From assembly GCA_013239625.1 (NCBI GenBank), contig MU054187.1, positions 18,592,711-18,656,710 on the forward strand: a DNA stretch of 64,000 nucleotides, read 5' to 3'. Under the pieces are notes generated by a model. The model was given only the letters and a program-made list of their open reading frames with translations, did no database searches and was not told the origin of the DNA. Every line of letters starts with the position of its first letter. Within the stretch, counting starts at the first letter, position 1. Below are positions 63,601 to 64,000 of the stretch, in pieces. Both the position numbers and the translations under genes were made by a program. Source of the DNA: Lama guanicoe. Its lineage: Eukaryota.

Positions 63601-64000
63601 CTGGTCTACACGGGTCTGTCTACACGTCCCCAAGAAAGGGTCTGACAGGACTCACCAGCTGAGGTCTCTGCGCAGCCATCTCTATCCACATCCTTCCCCC
63701 ACCCCTTTTTTAAACAAGGAGATTGTATTCATACATGGCTCCAGGAGTTAAAAGTAACTTTTTGCCACAGGTGGAGACTGGGGAGTGGTTAACCGTGCAG
63801 CTGTGGAGGAGGAAAAGCTGATGGGATGGGAGAACGGAGGTTCCCTAAGAGCTGCTGAAATGCTGGAGGTCACAAACATCATGGAAAACAAGCCCAGAAG
63901 GAATTTTACTACAGAACCCTCAACAGAATTCAGCTGGTCTTCCTGGTGTCTCCCGCGGAGAGAGTACAGGACAGAGTCTACTCTGGTAGGAAGGACAGCC

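Noticed and set aside
43150..64000. Ubiquitous TPD52 first exon (MDRGEQ..) or another gene in the right third of the window
   Set aside because: No matching exon or CpG island was found. Isolated donor-like motifs (~47540, ~57275, ~59935, ~62465) lack supporting exons.

Overview
This is mammalian genomic DNA, most likely camelid (alpaca, llama or camel), judged from eight copies of a tRNA-derived Vic-1-type SINE and cetartiodactyl-type L1 3' ends. Two genes lie in tandem on the minus strand. (1) MRPS28: exon 1 (CDS 29-244) and its CpG-island promoter sit at the left edge. (2) TPD52: the window holds the 3' UTR (~3160-5802), the last coding exon (5803-5922), a 49-nt exon with a GC donor (9785-9833), two alternative in-frame small exons (42 nt at 11482-11523, 27 nt at 18313-18339), three core exons (19417-19518, 21132-21280, 28087-28202) and the alternative PrLZ/PC-1-type first exon (CDS 42011-42134) with its promoter. 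I spliced these exons by hand and they join in frame to 219 aa, or 242 aa with both small exons. The ubiquitous TPD52 first exon (MDRGEQ...) was not found and presumably lies beyond the right edge. The rest is intron with ordinary repeats (L1, L2, MIR, MLT1, MER21, MER5, MER20, MER96B, Tigger, microsatellites). Repeat names come from recognition, not from a RepeatMasker run, and their boundaries are approximate. I see no new multi-gene system. The most interesting signals are at RNA level: a candidate 19-nt frameshifting microexon, loss of the first PrLZ ATG next to a uORF, a weak GC donor that is phase-compatible with a TPD52-MRPS28 read-through fusion, splicing-regulator motifs around the small exons, a miRNA seed cluster, and two small rearrangement scars.
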